A DNA stretch of 64,000 nucleotides, taken from Camelus dromedarius (lineage: Eukaryota). A program made the translations under genes and the position numbers. Positions 29,008 to 48,029 of the stretch are shown here, piece after piece (position 1 is the first letter of the stretch; each line of letters begins with the position of its first letter). Where the stretch lies: NCBI RefSeq assembly GCF_036321535.1, contig NC_087462.1, positions 682,001 through 746,000 on the forward strand. The letters run 5' to 3'. The notes below the pieces were generated by a model. That model was not told the origin of the DNA, ran no database searches, and was given only the letters and a program-made list of their open reading frames with translations.

Positions 29008-31404
29008 GATCTGGGAGCCAACTTGTGTATACTGGCTTTGTCCTGCTTGGGGCAGCAGGCTCGGGACCCAGCCTGGTCTCTGCCCCAGCTCTCTGTGTCT
29101 ACCGAGCGAGGTGGGGCAGTAAATGCCAGCCATTGCCTTTCTTGGGTCAGGAGGCTGTGACCTGAGACATCCTGGCTGTCTGCAGTAAGCTGGAGTGTTG
29201 AGGGGTGCAGGGGACAGAGCTCATGAAGCCAGGCTGGGTTGTGGGCTGGGTGCTGGCCCTCACCCCAGGAGGGTGGGGACGGGCAAAGGTCATTAGCCAG
29301 GGCTGGGGACAGCAGGCAGGGGTGTGGCCGCTGCTTCTGGACTGGGCTCGGGCTGCTGGACAGACAGGGCTCTGCTGGGCTCCAGTTCTGGGCTGTGATG
29401 TCTGCCCCGCCAGCTCCTCAGCCCTGCCCCAGCTGCGCTGGGAAGAGGTGGGTCCTGCCTGCTCCCACGGAGGCACTGCCCTGTGCTTGCCTGGCCTGTG
29501 GGTGGCCCCAGCTGGCTGGGCGCCCAGTCCCTGGTGGTGTTGGTACCTCCATGGCACCCAGGCCCATGGGCCTGCCCCAGATGGGTGGAGTGACCAGGCA
29601 GGGGCCAGCCTGGTACCTTGAAGCTTCAGGGCTGCCCCATCTTTTTCAACCAGTAACTCCCTCTTCTGACCTGGGTGGGGTGGCCTAGGCGCTAGCTCCG
29701 GGTGGCAGGCAGGGGTCTCCTCACCCTGCTCCCTGGTCCTGGGCTGAGCAGAGCTGGCAGGGGATTCCAGCGGAGTGAGTGTAGGTGAGCTTGGGCCTCC
29801 CTGTGTGTCACTGGCAGCCAGAAGGTGATGGGGAGGCCGCTCCAGGGCTTGTCATCAGCACAGACAGGCTGGTTGTGTGTCACAGTCCCGTGCAAGTGAC
29901 TGTTCCCAGGTTGTCTCTAAGGCTCGACATGGGGGAGATGTGAACATGGGAGGCTCTAGGCAAGCTTGCAGCATGGGGGACATCCATCCAAGTCTTGTTA
30001 CTTTTTGGGCAGGTGAGGCTGGAGTAGCCAGCTCCCTCTATCCCAGAAACCCCCAGCTCAGACAGGTGTGACAGCTGTGACAGCTTTGGGGGTCACAAGT
30101 GCAACCCCACCCCTCTCCGTCTCCTGGCTTTAGAGCCCAGGTCCTGGAGTTCCTGGCCTGTCTCCTTATCTGGTCTATAAATAAGACCAGAGACATGGCT
30201 GGGGGTTGGTGGGGGCCTGTGGGAGGAGACCTTCACTAATCCACCGGACCGGCGGCCCCACACCAGGGACCCTGCTAGCACCCCCAGCCCCTGAGGCCTC
30301 AGCCCCTGGCTGTGCGACACAACCAGATGCAGCTAGGACCCCCCAGCATGGCGCAGGCCCCTGGGGAATGTGGCAGCCTTGGAGCCCAGCCTGGGGACAC
30401 TTGCACCTGCTGGGCTGCAGGAACAGCTTGTGCTGGCTGGGCTGCATCCTGGGGTGGGACAGGTCACAGGGCCAGGAACCAGAGGGTCATGACCCCTTCC
30501 AAGAGGGGAGGCCTTGGGCCTTGTGGCGCCCAAGGGTTCATGTCCCTCCCAGGAGGGGGTGCGCTCACATCCTGGGACCTGCCACCGTGGCACAAGGATG
30601 CTAAGTGGGAAAGGCAGGGAGGCAGGCTGATCTGAGGTTGGCCCTCCATGTGTGTGACCGTCAGCGGCTACGTTCCAGGAGGACAGCCCAGTTTTTAGTC
30701 CCCAGAGGAACCAGGTCCAATGAGATCTTAAACCCACTCCCCGGAGTCGAAGCCCCCGCCCAGCACTACCTGCCCATCTGTGGGTCCCACCTGGTCTGCC
30801 ACCTGGCCACTCTCCTGAGCCCTCCAGCGTTGAGAAGCTCCGGCTTCAGAGCCCGTGTCTCCCCGCACGACCTCTGTGTGCTCTTTGCAAGCCAAGCCAA
30901 CCTGGCCCGCAGCCCTTCGGCTCAGCCCCACGTGCCCTCTGGGGGCACTCACTCCAGCCGCCAGTGCTTTGTGCTGATTGTTGCTCCTTGGAGCGCTGTT
31001 ACCTTCCTCTGGCCAGCTGCTGTCCACCCCTCAGCCCCATGACCCCCTCCCACGGGTTCTGACGGCCCCTCCCTTGGGCCCAGCCCTGACGTTGTGGGGC
31101 CGGGAGTGTCTGGGTGTGCCTGTGACCAGGTTGGGGGACCAGAGACTGCAGGAGCATTGGGTGGGAGCATGATGGAGACCTGGAAAGCAACACAGCCCTG
31201 GGAGGGGCACCCAGGGTGAGGGTGGGGGTGGAGGTGATCAGGTCAGATAAAGGGAGACACCAGACAAGTGGACAGGAGTGGCCTGGGGTCCCGTCCTGGA
31301 CAGAGTGGGAAGGAGGACCAAGAGAGGCCTACCCTCATCCAGGGTCATCCTTTTAGAAAGCCCCCTACACAAGGCCACCTGAGGACCTGCCAGGCTTCTG
31401 CTTG

Positions 31405-31480
31405 TTACTGGCTGTGTGTCCTCAGTTTCCTCACCTGTAAAATGGGTTGAGTGATTACACCTATCCCGAGGGTTGGGTAC
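31405..31480. mobile_element. MIR SINE core
   Basis: cctcagtttcctcacctgtaaaatggg at 31420-31446. Other MIR-like cores (gaaactgaggc) occur near 23440, 23880 and 31605. Confidence 0.75.
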
Positions 31481-32099
31481 CAGCATGTGAGTCCACTTGT
31501 TGGGGTGATGGCAATGTTACAGGGTCTAGGTGAGGGCCCCATGTCCCTAGGCTCCAGAGTGAGACCTGCTATATTCTCATTTCGTTCCACTGCCACCCTG
31601 GAGAAACTGAGGCTCACAAAAGCCAGTGTCCCCCAGGGGTCGCAAGAGCCCAGCTGGTGGTGACTGGACGCACAAGGCAGGCCTGGCGCTGGTGAATCGC
31701 TCCATAAATGCCCTCTGAGGTCACTGCTAAGGGATGCGAGAAGCCGGGCTCCCGGCAGCCGGCTGGACACCCCCACTACAGGCAGGTGACTCGGGCCTGT
31801 TTTCCTGGACCGTGGCCACTGACTCAGGCCCCCCTTCCCGCTCTCCTACTCTGGAGCCCCCAGGCGGAAGCACTGGTCTGGGGCGGCAGGAGAGGAGGCA
31901 GGGCAAGGAATCCAGCTGTGCACCCTGAAACCCCTTCCAGTGGGCTGGAGTGCGGATGCGCCTGAGTCGTCTGCAGGGCCCGACTGCGACCCCGGTTGGT
32001 AGCATTCAAGGAGCGCCCCTCCCCCTCGCTTCCAGGGCGGGAGGCTTAGGGGGCGGGTGGCACAGGACGGTCGGCGCCCTAGGGCCCTGGCCAGCAGGC

Positions 32100-33480
32100 A
32101 GGGGCGGGGGCCGGCCTGCGTCACCGCCCGGCTGGTCCCCCGCCTCCTGGCCACCCAAACTCCACCCCGAGGGAAGGCGGCGCGGATAAAGGCTCAGGGG
32201 CCGCCTGCTCGGCCCCAGACCGGCTCTGCCACCGCGTATTCATCCCGTACGTGGGTACACTCTGGACTAATGGGACCTCGGGCTGGCCGCTCCTGGTGAG
32301 TGTGGGGGCGGGACCTCGCGGGCCGAGGATGTGGGGTTCCAACTCTAGTCCCTTAAGGGTGCCCCACTTTTCTTGGTTCTTCGGGCAGGCAGAGTTCAGG
32401 GTGTCTCCAGTTCTGGGAAGCCCCTTGGGATGTGTAATGGAATGGACTCGGTGCAGCCAGCACGGCCCGGGCGGGACCTCTGCCCCCGCCCCGCCCCCCC
32501 GGCACTCCCCCCTCCCCTCGAGTGACCTTGAGCTAGTTGCCGTTCCCACATCAGTTTTCCGGGCTCTGCGGCCTTACTCTCCTGACTGGGAACCTTCCGC
32601 TCCTAGGTAGGCTCCCCCAACGCCCCCAGTCCCGTTGGCCTGCCGCCTGCCCCGCGGGCCTCGGCGCCCCCTCCTCGGGTCTCCGGGCAGCGATCCCGGG
32701 CGGGGCCGGTAGAGGGCGCGCCAGTGCTGCTGACTCACCGCAGCCCCGAGCGCCAAGCGCGGGCGCAGCCGGGGACGCCACCTCACGTCACGGCTCGGGC
32801 GGGCGCGACTCGGGAAGCGGGCCCGGCCCGCGGAACGGGGGTGGGACGCGAGGTGGCACCGGCGCGGGAGGGGCCCTCCGGCACCAGCCACGTCACCGTG
32901 GTGCAGGCCCCGCCCGCAACCCCACCCCTCGCCGGTGCTTCTCGCCTCACGGGTGGGGGGCGCCCCCAGCCGACCCTCCCGCGAGCTACCCGGCCACGAG
33001 GCGCAGGAATCGCCTCCTGCGTCCACTCGCGGCGGCTTCCCAGACGGGCGCGGGGGAAAGCCCCGGCTTCCTGTTCCTCCGACCGGGGCTGCCGGCTTCC
33101 CCTACGACGCGTCGCCCCAAGAGGGGTCCCCACGCCCCTCGGGCCTGGCCGCCCGCCCTTTGTTGCAGCTCCGGCCTTATGAATGGTTGCGGCGGGTTGG
33201 GGGGCGCGGGGGCGGGCCGGAGCGGCGCCAGCCCCGCCCCCGCCGTGCTTCGCTTGGCCACCGGGCCGGGGGTGGGGCGAGAGGTGGGCCCGCGCGGCCA
33301 CGTGGGGCGGCACCGCGGCGGCTCTCATTGGCCGGCCCGCGTGGCCGACCGGGCGTTCAGCAAGCGTTGATTGGCCTGCGCGGGCCGCCGGAGTAAGTAG
33401 TGAATGGGAGGGGGCGGAAGCCCCGCCCCTCGGAACGTTGATACATTATAACTTTTTTTTCTTGTTACTTTCACCCCCAG
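32100..33480 (+). promoter_or_regulatory. MIDN: MIDN promoter, non-coding exon 1 (about 32210-32295) and CpG-rich intron 1
   Basis: TATA-like GATAAA 32185-32190, donor CTG|GTGAGT at 32295, acceptor tttcacccccag|33481. CRE/ATF-like sites at 32117, 32784 and 32888, AP-1 TGACTCA 32731-32737, ATTGG at 33327 and 33370, second donor GA|GTAAGT at 33392. Confidence 0.7.
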
Positions 33481-33864
33481 ATCCTCCGGCGGCGGCGGCG
33501 GCTGTTGCTAAGGGAGGGGACGCGCGGTGAAGCGCGGCCCGAGCGGCAGACGGCCTCGAGAGCGGCCGCCCCAGCGGCGCACCCTCCTCCGGGAACCTTC
33601 CCTGAGCCCGCCGGCCTTGAAACGAGCCGCGAGTGCAGTACCCACCCAGGAAGGCGCCCCAACGGACCGACGCGACCTCGGAGCGCCACTTGGATTTTTG
33701 ATTCCTGATTTGCTTTCCGCTCCTAGGACTATCTCCAAGGGGACACACGCCCCAGCCCCCAGGGACCTCGAGGACCCTGGTGTGGGGAGCCCCCCACCCT
33801 GCCCGGAGGCGCGGCGAGAATTGGCGGCGCCCCGCGGACCCCAGCCCCCCAGCGCGGGCCGGGG

Positions 33865-39843
<5,979 letters not shown>

Positions 39844-41564
39844 GAACCCTGCCCCTCGCCCCAGCCCAGGGTGGCGTGAGCGTGGCCCCGCGCAGGAGGA
39901 TCAGGCCTCCCAGTCCAGCATCCTTCTGGTGGTTTTTTTGTTGTTTTTAAAATTTCAATTCCTACCGTGGTTTTCTGAGCTCTCTGAACGAACTCTCTGC
40001 GGACTTGGGTTCCTGCCTCACACTTGGTTCGGCTCACACTCCCCGCCCCTTCCTCCCTCTCCCAACCTCATCTGTGACCCGCGCGGGTTCCTCCCGCCCA
40101 CCTTCCCTTCCCGAGCTCCAAATATGTAGCAGTCTTTCCAGATGGTTGAGAGTGGAGACGAGGAAGCCACCCCCCCTTCCGTTCTGCCGCCCTCCCCACC
40201 CTTTTCAGGTTTAAGTCAAAAATGTAGATGCCTCATTATGCACTTTACAGACAGGGGAGGGGGCCGCAGAGAGGAGGGCCCCCCCCTGCAAACTCTGGCT
40301 CAAAAAACAACACAGCAGGGAGCCGTGGGAGGTCAGGTGCGCCCCAACCAGCTGGGACTGCTCCTTCTTCAACACCTGTACCTCTCTTCTCTTCCTGGTC
40401 TCCTTTTCCATTTTCCTTTTCCTGGAAAAGAAAAGCTGTTTCAGGGGAGAGGCTGGCCGTAGCCTGCCTTGGGGTGCTGGCTGGGGTGGGGTACCCTTTC
40501 CTGCTGGGAAAGGAAAGGGAAGGAGGGAGGGGAAGTGACCCGCCCCAGCCTTTGCCATCCACGCACTGTGTGATTTCCTCCAAAGCCACCCTCCCACCCC
40601 ACCCCGTTTTTCTGAGCTTGGGGTATTTATAGACGATTAATTTTCTGACTGAGCCAATAGTAGTTGGGAATCTCTTGAAAAAGTAGAGAGAGAAATGGCT
40701 GAGGAGGGTGGGCAGGGTAGATGCCCCCAGCCCTCCTTCCCCACCCAACCTGAGGAATCTGGGCCTGTGGACTGTGTGTGGGGGGGGCCCTCCTGCAGCT
40801 GGGAGGGGAGGGGGTGCTGAGCTGTGAATCCCCCGGTAGGGGCAACGCTGTGTAGCATTAACCCCCTTGGGGGGGGTTCGCTGCTGGTCTAATTTGGACC
40901 CTCCCCACTTATGCCCATGCCCCGGGGGACCCCCCAAGGGCAGAGGGATAGACACCCCCCTACTGGGGCCATTTCAATGGGGGTGGGTTTTTTCATTCAC
41001 TTTTATTTTTTACTGATAATGGAGATGTTTGGGCCTTGCCCCCCACCTGTCTGTCTTGTCCTGGCCCCACCCAACTGTGCTGCGCAACACCCCTAATCCT
41101 GTGCCTGCCCCCCCTTCCCCCTAGGTGACCCCTAGGTCCTCACCCCACCCCGTTACGTGTTTAAAGTTAATGGTTTCAGATGTGAACATCATGTGTTAAC
41201 TGTAGCTCTGTACATTTTTTGTGGGGGGGAGGGTTGGCAGGGAGGGGTCAGAGGGTAGGGGTCAATGATTCGTTTGTTTGTTTTCATTTTCCAAAAAAAA
41301 GAAAAGAAAAAAAGGGCAGGTTTGTTTTTGAAGCGCACTGTCTTGAATATCTATTTAATGTGTGTTCTGATGGTTTGTTTTTTTTTTTTTTAAGATTTTA
41401 AGTAACATCTGTGCCTCCGCTGGTCTGAGGGTGGAGGCCCCAGGCAGGAACCGCCCACCCCCCTCTGCCCTCGCCAGGGCCCCCAACAAGAAAGCATTAC
41501 ATGCCCTTGGGGGGTCGGGCAGTGGGGCGTCCCAGCACCTTGAGGGAGTTTCCTGTATGAAAAC

Positions 41565-41617
41565 ATTAAATTGGAAAAGAAAAAACCTACACAAACACCA
41601 ATATTTGAAGGAATAAA
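41565..41617 (+). terminator. MIDN: MIDN polyadenylation signals (ATTAAA 41565-41570, AATAAA 41612-41617) ending a 3' UTR of about 1.8 kb
   Basis: Two hexamers at the end of an AU/U-rich region downstream of the stop codon. Confidence 0.75.
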
Positions 41618-42559
41618 CAAAATGAAACAAGTGAACATCCTGCCTACTCGCCTGGGGGACGGGGTGGTCTTGGGGGTCACTGAGGGGTCTCTTGAGTGTG
41701 GTAAGGGGTGGTCTTGCCCAGGAGGACCAGGTGGGGTGCTGGGGTGGCTCACCCCCATCCCAGGGAGTGGGAGGTGGAAAGTCCGTCCCTGGGTCCCTGG
41801 GCCCCCAGCCCGTGGTGGGGGTGCAGAGGGAGGGTTGTGTCCCGGAACAGTTCCCACGCCCCCTCCCCGCCCTAGGGTGAGGGTGGGCAGGAAGCCGCCC
41901 GCCAGGGGAGGGAGGGGCCGGCCACTTCCCGGTACCCAAGGCCGGAAGTCCTGCAGGGTGTGGGCACGGGGCTGCCCGCCTGGTTCGCCCTCTCGGTTCT
42001 AGGCTCTAAAGTGGGCTGAAGAGGAGCCCACGGACTGTCTCCAGGGAGACCTGGCCGCAGGCTCTGGGCCACCGTTTCCCCAGCCACAGAAAGGAGGAAG
42101 CAGTTCCATCCGCCTGCCCACGTGCAGGGGCCAGCCTGGGGACCCCTGACTTGAGCTCCACCCCTGGGGGATGCCGGTAGGCCTCCAGAGCCGCCCGCCC
42201 AGAATCAAGCCAAGGCCTGGGGCTGGCGCCCAGGGCCTCCAGGTTTGGCTCCACTCCTGTCCTGGGTGGACTCTCTCCAGCCTGTCCAGCCTTGCATTCC
42301 AGCGCTCCCCAGACCTGACCATTACAGTCAGGCCCTCCAGGCCTGTGACAGGCCAGGCCCTACCCAGGAACACCCCTAGCCAGCGCGCCTGCTCTGCCTG
42401 GGAACTTTCCTGGTCTGCATCTCCCACCCTTTCCCGCCCAGGGCTCCCTGAGGCCCCGCCAGATGTGAGTCCTCTCTGGAGTCCTACCTTCCACTGTGGG
42501 GAAGAGAGACACACAATCATAACAATACTTAAGGTCATTTTACTTGTATTTCCTCACAG

Positions 42560-42630
42560 CCACCTAACAGAACTAATTATTCTCCCACTTGGTAGATGAG
42601 AAAACCGTGGCCCAAAGAGAAATACTCCTT
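42560..42630. mobile_element. MIR SINE remnant
   Basis: attctcccacttggtagatgagaaaaccgtggcccaaagag. Confidence 0.55.
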
Positions 42631-43249
42631 GCTCCAGAGGATTGAGGTGTTTGTTAAATTAGTTGCCACCATCCCGTCTGCTGATTTCTAGTGGTCCAAG
42701 CCCCAGCTCCAGGGATACTAGGGGGGAAGAAAACAGGTGCCATCCCGGGAATTTCCTGGGCACATCTTGCTAAGGCTCTCCTGCCCCTCCCGCCGCCCAG
42801 TCACCCCCAAATCATTGCACGCCCACGCCAGGAAGGTAGACTGCACAGGTCAGGCTGATCCCTTCAGATCTTAAGCTCAAAGGCGCAAACGTCCCTGCGG
42901 GTCTGGAGGGCCACAGGGTGTAGGCATGGGTGAGACATCTCAGGTCGAAGCCCCTGCCCACGCAGCCGGGCCCCCGGAAGTCAGGGCTGTGACCCAGGTG
43001 GCCACAGGAGGGCTGGGTGGGGGATGCAGAAGGAGGGTGTAGACCGAGGCGCCCACTGAATCACAGGGGCTGTGTCTGCACGCTGCAGGGCGGGGGGCGC
43101 TTGTCCTGCTCCTGGGGAACTCACCCCTCAAGGCGATGCCTGGCGCCCAGTCTGGTGGTCCGAGGGTCATAGCCCTGCCCCTGAGTTCTAGGAGTACCCC
43201 ACCCCGGGTGGGGGTTGCGGTCATCGGCCTCCTCCCCTTCTGCGGGACT

Positions 43250-43950
43250 GTAGTGCGCACACCTGCCCTGAGGGCAGGGTTGCGGGGAGGTGACCAGCCG
43301 AGGGGGTTCAGGCGGCCGGAGAGGTAGCAGGCCAGACCACGTGGGGGTGGGCAGCACGGAAAGATAAACTGAGTCCCTGAGAGGACGGGGGCTGCTGAAC
43401 GACAGGGGGCGGGGACGGCCCTGCACCGCCCCCTCCCCCATTAAGGAAAAAAATGAATGGGAGGGGGCGGCCCCCGGAAGCCCGCAGGGATGGAAACGCG
43501 GTTTGCATGGCAACGCGCCGCGAAACGGGCCTGACGTCACCATGGGGAGGGCGCCCCGCCTGCCCCCGTACTGCGTCGAACGGCCCAGGGAGGGGAAACC
43601 TGATTGGTGGCCAGGTCGTTCGCTCCTCTGTACGCACCAATAGCCTCACGGGGCTGCCGCCCGCAGGAGGGACTCGGGCGTGGACCAGCTGAGTGCGCAG
43701 GCGCGGCGCGGAGGCGTGCGGCTCCTTCCCTCTGGCCGCACGTCCGCAATTTGGGGGCGGGAGGCGCGCCAAGCGGTCTGACGGCCGGCTGCTCCCGGAC
43801 GGAAGAGGGGGTGTACTCGGGGGCGCCGCACGTGGATCCTGGCACGGGCACGATCGCGTGCGCCCCTCTTCTACGCTCAGCCATTGCCTGCTGCCCCCTC
43901 ACCACGACCGCGTGTGCGGGACCCCCGGGCTAGGGGAGCGCAGGGGGAGG
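43250..43950. promoter_or_regulatory. CpG island with promoter-type motifs between MIDN and CIRBP
   Basis: X-box-like GTTTGCATGGCAAC 43501-43514, TGACGTCA 43532-43539, ATTGG 43603, CCAAT 43637, NRF1 TGCGCAGGCGCG 43694-43705. Confidence 0.65.
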
Positions 43951-46900
43951 AGCGGGAGGAAGTCACTTGGGCTAAGGCTCTGCCAAAGGAATAGGAGTTT
44001 GCCAAGTATAGGAAGAGGAAAATGGTGCCCCAGGTGGGGGGCACGGCGTGTGCAAAAGCGCCTGAAGACGTGAAAGCGGGTGCATTTGGGGAACAGCTGC
44101 GAAATCAGGTTGGAGGACATAAAGCAAAAGGCAAAGACCCGAAAGGGGTGATTCCAAAGTCTGGCTTGGGGAGGAGGAGCAGATGTTGGGAGCAGAGGCC
44201 AGAACATCCCAGGAGGGGTCTGAGAACTCCAATGGGGCTTCGGAGAGGACTGGGGAGGGACAGATGGGACGTTGTCTGAAGGTCTCTGGTTCACAGTGAG
44301 ATGGTCGGCAAGGGGGCTGCAGGGAGCCCGGAGGTTTGGAGGGGGTGGAGTCTGAGATACCCCTAAGGGCACCTGTCACCGGGAAGTTTCTGGGCCAGGA
44401 GCTGGGAGAGTCGCAGACCCAGGGGCGATTATGGCAGCAGGAAGTCCTCGTGGCTGCCTGACTGGCTCAGTTTTGTTGTGGCCAGGAGTCCACTCAGAAG
44501 ACAGCCATCAGAGTGAACAGGGTGGCCTTTGCCAGGTGGGGAGGATGTGAGCCAAAACCTTTGGTCCTAGGTTAGCCGCTAGGCCTTACCCTAGCAGACA
44601 GCTGCAAGACTGGGGCAGAAGGGCGCCCGCTGGCAGTGTGGACAGGCGCGGCTGCCAATACGTGGAGTCAGGACTGAAGGCATGGATCCAGATGGTGGCT
44701 CACAGGTGGGCCGTGCTCCCGGGGTGATGAGGCAGCTGTGGGCGGGCAAGAGAAGGTCACCGGGGTCATGTCTTTCAGCTCCAGGCCAGAATCCCCTGGT
44801 GGCGGCCAAGTGGGTAGTTGGGGCTAGCTGCGGGGTTTTGAAAAGCCAAAGTACACAGTGAGGGGTGGCTTGGGAGGAGCCAGGCCCCTGGCCAGGAGCC
44901 GTCTAGGGAGATGCGAGTGAGTGGTGCCCCACTGGGGCCAGCTCCTGCACCGCCCAGCACCTGTACGGAGCCTCAGCACAGCCACTCCCGCCAGGCCTGG
45001 CGGACCCGCCCTCTTCTGCAGGCACCCTGGGAACCGGAGTTACCGAGCTACAGCCAGGAGTGCTGGGGCCCCACCCAGGAGTCTCCGCTCCAGCCCTACC
45101 CACGGCCGCCCAGACTAGGGAGGGCAGAGGACGGGCAGCCTCTGGTGTCACCGGGGGCAGGTGAGCAGCCCAGCCTGCAGGTGGGGGTGGAGCTGCTGTC
45201 ACCTGGGGCCCTTCCCCGGAAGGGAGACTGCCCTTTCAAAAGTGGGCCTCTGTCCTCGGCTAGGGGCCTCTCTTCCCCCCTACCCATGTCTGCCCCTCTG
45301 TCTCCATCCTTCTCTGCCCCTATCTCTCTTCCCTCTGAATTCTCTTTTCCTCGTTCAGTTTCTCCTTTTTGCTTTCCTGTCTACATTTCTGTCTGGGTCT
45401 CCATCTCTCGCTAGCGGTCTCCCTCTATTTTTGTCCTGATTGTGTCCCACCATCTCCTCCTCCCGGCCCCTCCCCCACTTCCGCCCCCTCTCTGGGGCCT
45501 CCTCCCTCACCGCCCCGCCCGCACACATTCCAGCCTCCACCTCCGCCTCGCCGCCCCTCTCAGGAGCCAGCTGCTGCTGCCTTGGGTGCCCAGGATGCAG
45601 GGAATGGGATTGAGCCGGAGTCAGAGGTCAGGAGTGTGCGGGGGGGGGGGGCAGGGAGGGCACCCCCTAACTACTCTGGAATGTGGGCGGGGCCTTCCCC
45701 ACAGGGTTGCGGGAGGCGGTCGCCGGCAGGCAGAGCAGGCAGGCGGAGTTGGGGGCCTGAGACAGCTGTCTGCAACTGCACCGCACACACCCCACAGCCC
45801 AGACGCTACCCACAGACCTCCCAGAGAATCGGCACAACCCAGACGCGCACACAGGGCCCCTTGCGGCCACCAGATCCAGACCAGTCCCCTCGGCCGCCCC
45901 ACACTCAAACGCATAGCACACCCTCCCCAGCCACCGGGTACATGCTGGTCTCGCCTGAGTGACAGGCCCCGGCTCTGCAACGCAGGGGCCCCCGCCCGCA
46001 ACAGCCCACATCCCCCCAAGCCCGTCCCAACCCACACTTTGGTACCACAACCGCAATCAACCGTGTGACCCTCAGAAGGAACAGTCACCCGCTCTCACCC
46101 TGGGCCAAGACCTCCCTTAGGAAAACCACAAAATTGAAGGTTACACCAGGCAGCCAGAACTCAGACCCTCGGCGACGGGCTCGGCCGAGGCAGCAGCGGC
46201 CCCCCAGCACGCAGGCGCTCCAGCTGCGGACGCTGCCCACACACCCTCCAGCCTGCGGGCCCCCGAGCAGCGCCAGACCAGGCAGGACAGGTGCTGGGGT
46301 GTGGGCGCCCTCAGAAGAAGTGAGGCTTCCTCATGCATAAGAGACAGTTTTCTGCGTGTCCTGAGCCCCTGAGAAAGAAGCGAAAGGCCAAGGCCCAGGA
46401 GCCCCTCTGTGCTGTGCTCTGGTCACTGGCTGCCCTCTGGTCACCCTCGCTGAACCCAGGAAGTGCTGCTGCTCTGCCCACTTCTCAGAGGACGCACCTG
46501 AGGCCTAGAGAGGAGCCTGGACACCCCCTACCTGCCCAGCTGGGCACCTGTGTCTGCCTGCTTGGGTTCCAGGGGCTAGGCTGTGCCCACGTGTGAGTTG
46601 TGGGCTACTGCTGTGTGTGGTGCCCGGACCCCCCCCCCCCACTTCGCGCAGAGGTCTTTCCCTGGAGCCCCTAGCAGCTGCCCCAAGAGAGGATCCTCTC
46701 CATGACTGCCACTCCAGTGTTGCCACAGAGATGTCACAGCCCCAGTCAGGGGTACTTCTGCTCCTCTTTGTGCCTGTAGGGAGCCTGGGTGCAGGGCCAA
46801 GGTCACTTGAGTGGACAGGGCATCAGTGGGGATCAGCTCCTCCTGCCCCTGGGGGGTGGGGCTGTGGACCTCAGCCCTTCCCCAGTCTCAGAAACCCAGT

Positions 46901-47589
46901 GGGTTTCATCTCCAGTCCCCACCGAGGCAAGCCTTGGGGTTTCCGTGAGCATGCAGGGGTCTCTGTTCCTGCACAAGCTCTGGCATTTCACCGATACCCG
47001 AAAGGTGTTCTATGCCTGAATTTGGTTCTTGGTGTGTGATTGCTTGGCTGTGCAATTGTAACCCGGCTGGTGCCCCAGTTTTCCCCAGTAGGGGGGGTCA
47101 CCATCCAGGTATCCTTGAAATATGGAAAAAGAAAATGGGACAGGCCTGTGGCTCCCACAGGCCGCCTTCCCAGGCACAGGTGGGCTGCAGGTACACAATG
47201 CATATGCCTCCTGGGTGTTTCCAGGAGTCCCACTCCACACCTGTGGTTGGTGGGGACTGCAGTCACCAGCCTGGCCTTTGCACCCCTGGGATGGAGACCC
47301 GGACAGGAGCAGAAGAGGCAGTCTCCACACACCTGGGTCAGGAGTCACAGACAGCTCCATCCAGGTGCCCCCCCATGCTCCACCAAAAAGACCACCTTCT
47401 AGGAACAGGGGAGAAACTGAGGTCAGGGTGCAGGCAGCTGACTCTGGGGTGCTCACAGTTGGCAGCCACCTGGGGCCTCTTAGGGATCTCAGATGGTGGA
47501 CTCACGCATGTGGACAATGTGGAAGTATTTTAACTCTTCCTCTTGGCTTCTGGCCTGCTGTATCTCCCCTCTGCCCTAGGAGGCCCATG

Positions 47590-48010
47590 ACACAGCACAT
47601 GGCATGTGCCCACCCCAGGGACATGAGTCATGCTGCCAGCCATGGGCACATATGATCTGTGAGTCCTGGTCCCAGGAGTCATGCACACCCAGCCCTGTTC
47701 CCAGCTATCCCACATCCCAGTTATGCACACACCTTGGGGTCTACACACAGCCTCCTGTGTTCTTGCACATAAGGCACTGTGCAAAAGTGTTTCCATGTGT
47801 ACACACACACGCACATCTCCACACCAGCTTGCGCACGCACATACATGTGTGTTCCGTGTACACACTTCCCCACCCTTGTGCACGTGCACACAGCCCCACT
47901 TTCATGTCCACACAAGCATGGTCCCCGGAATCCTTGTTTCTGCGCGTCTGTACCTACGAGTCCCTGCCCACGGGCACACATGCGCACCACACCTGGCAAC
48001 GTGCACACAC
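47590..48010. repeat. CA/TG-rich low-complexity tract
   Basis: Repeated cacac, gcaca and atgtg words. Confidence 0.6.
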
Positions 48011-48029
48011 ATCCAGTCCCCGCTTCCCC

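Noticed and set aside
43501-43607. MHC class II-like X-X2-Y enhanceosome module
   Set aside because: The motif order matches, but the spacings (17 bp and 63 bp) are far from the tight spacing that module requires.
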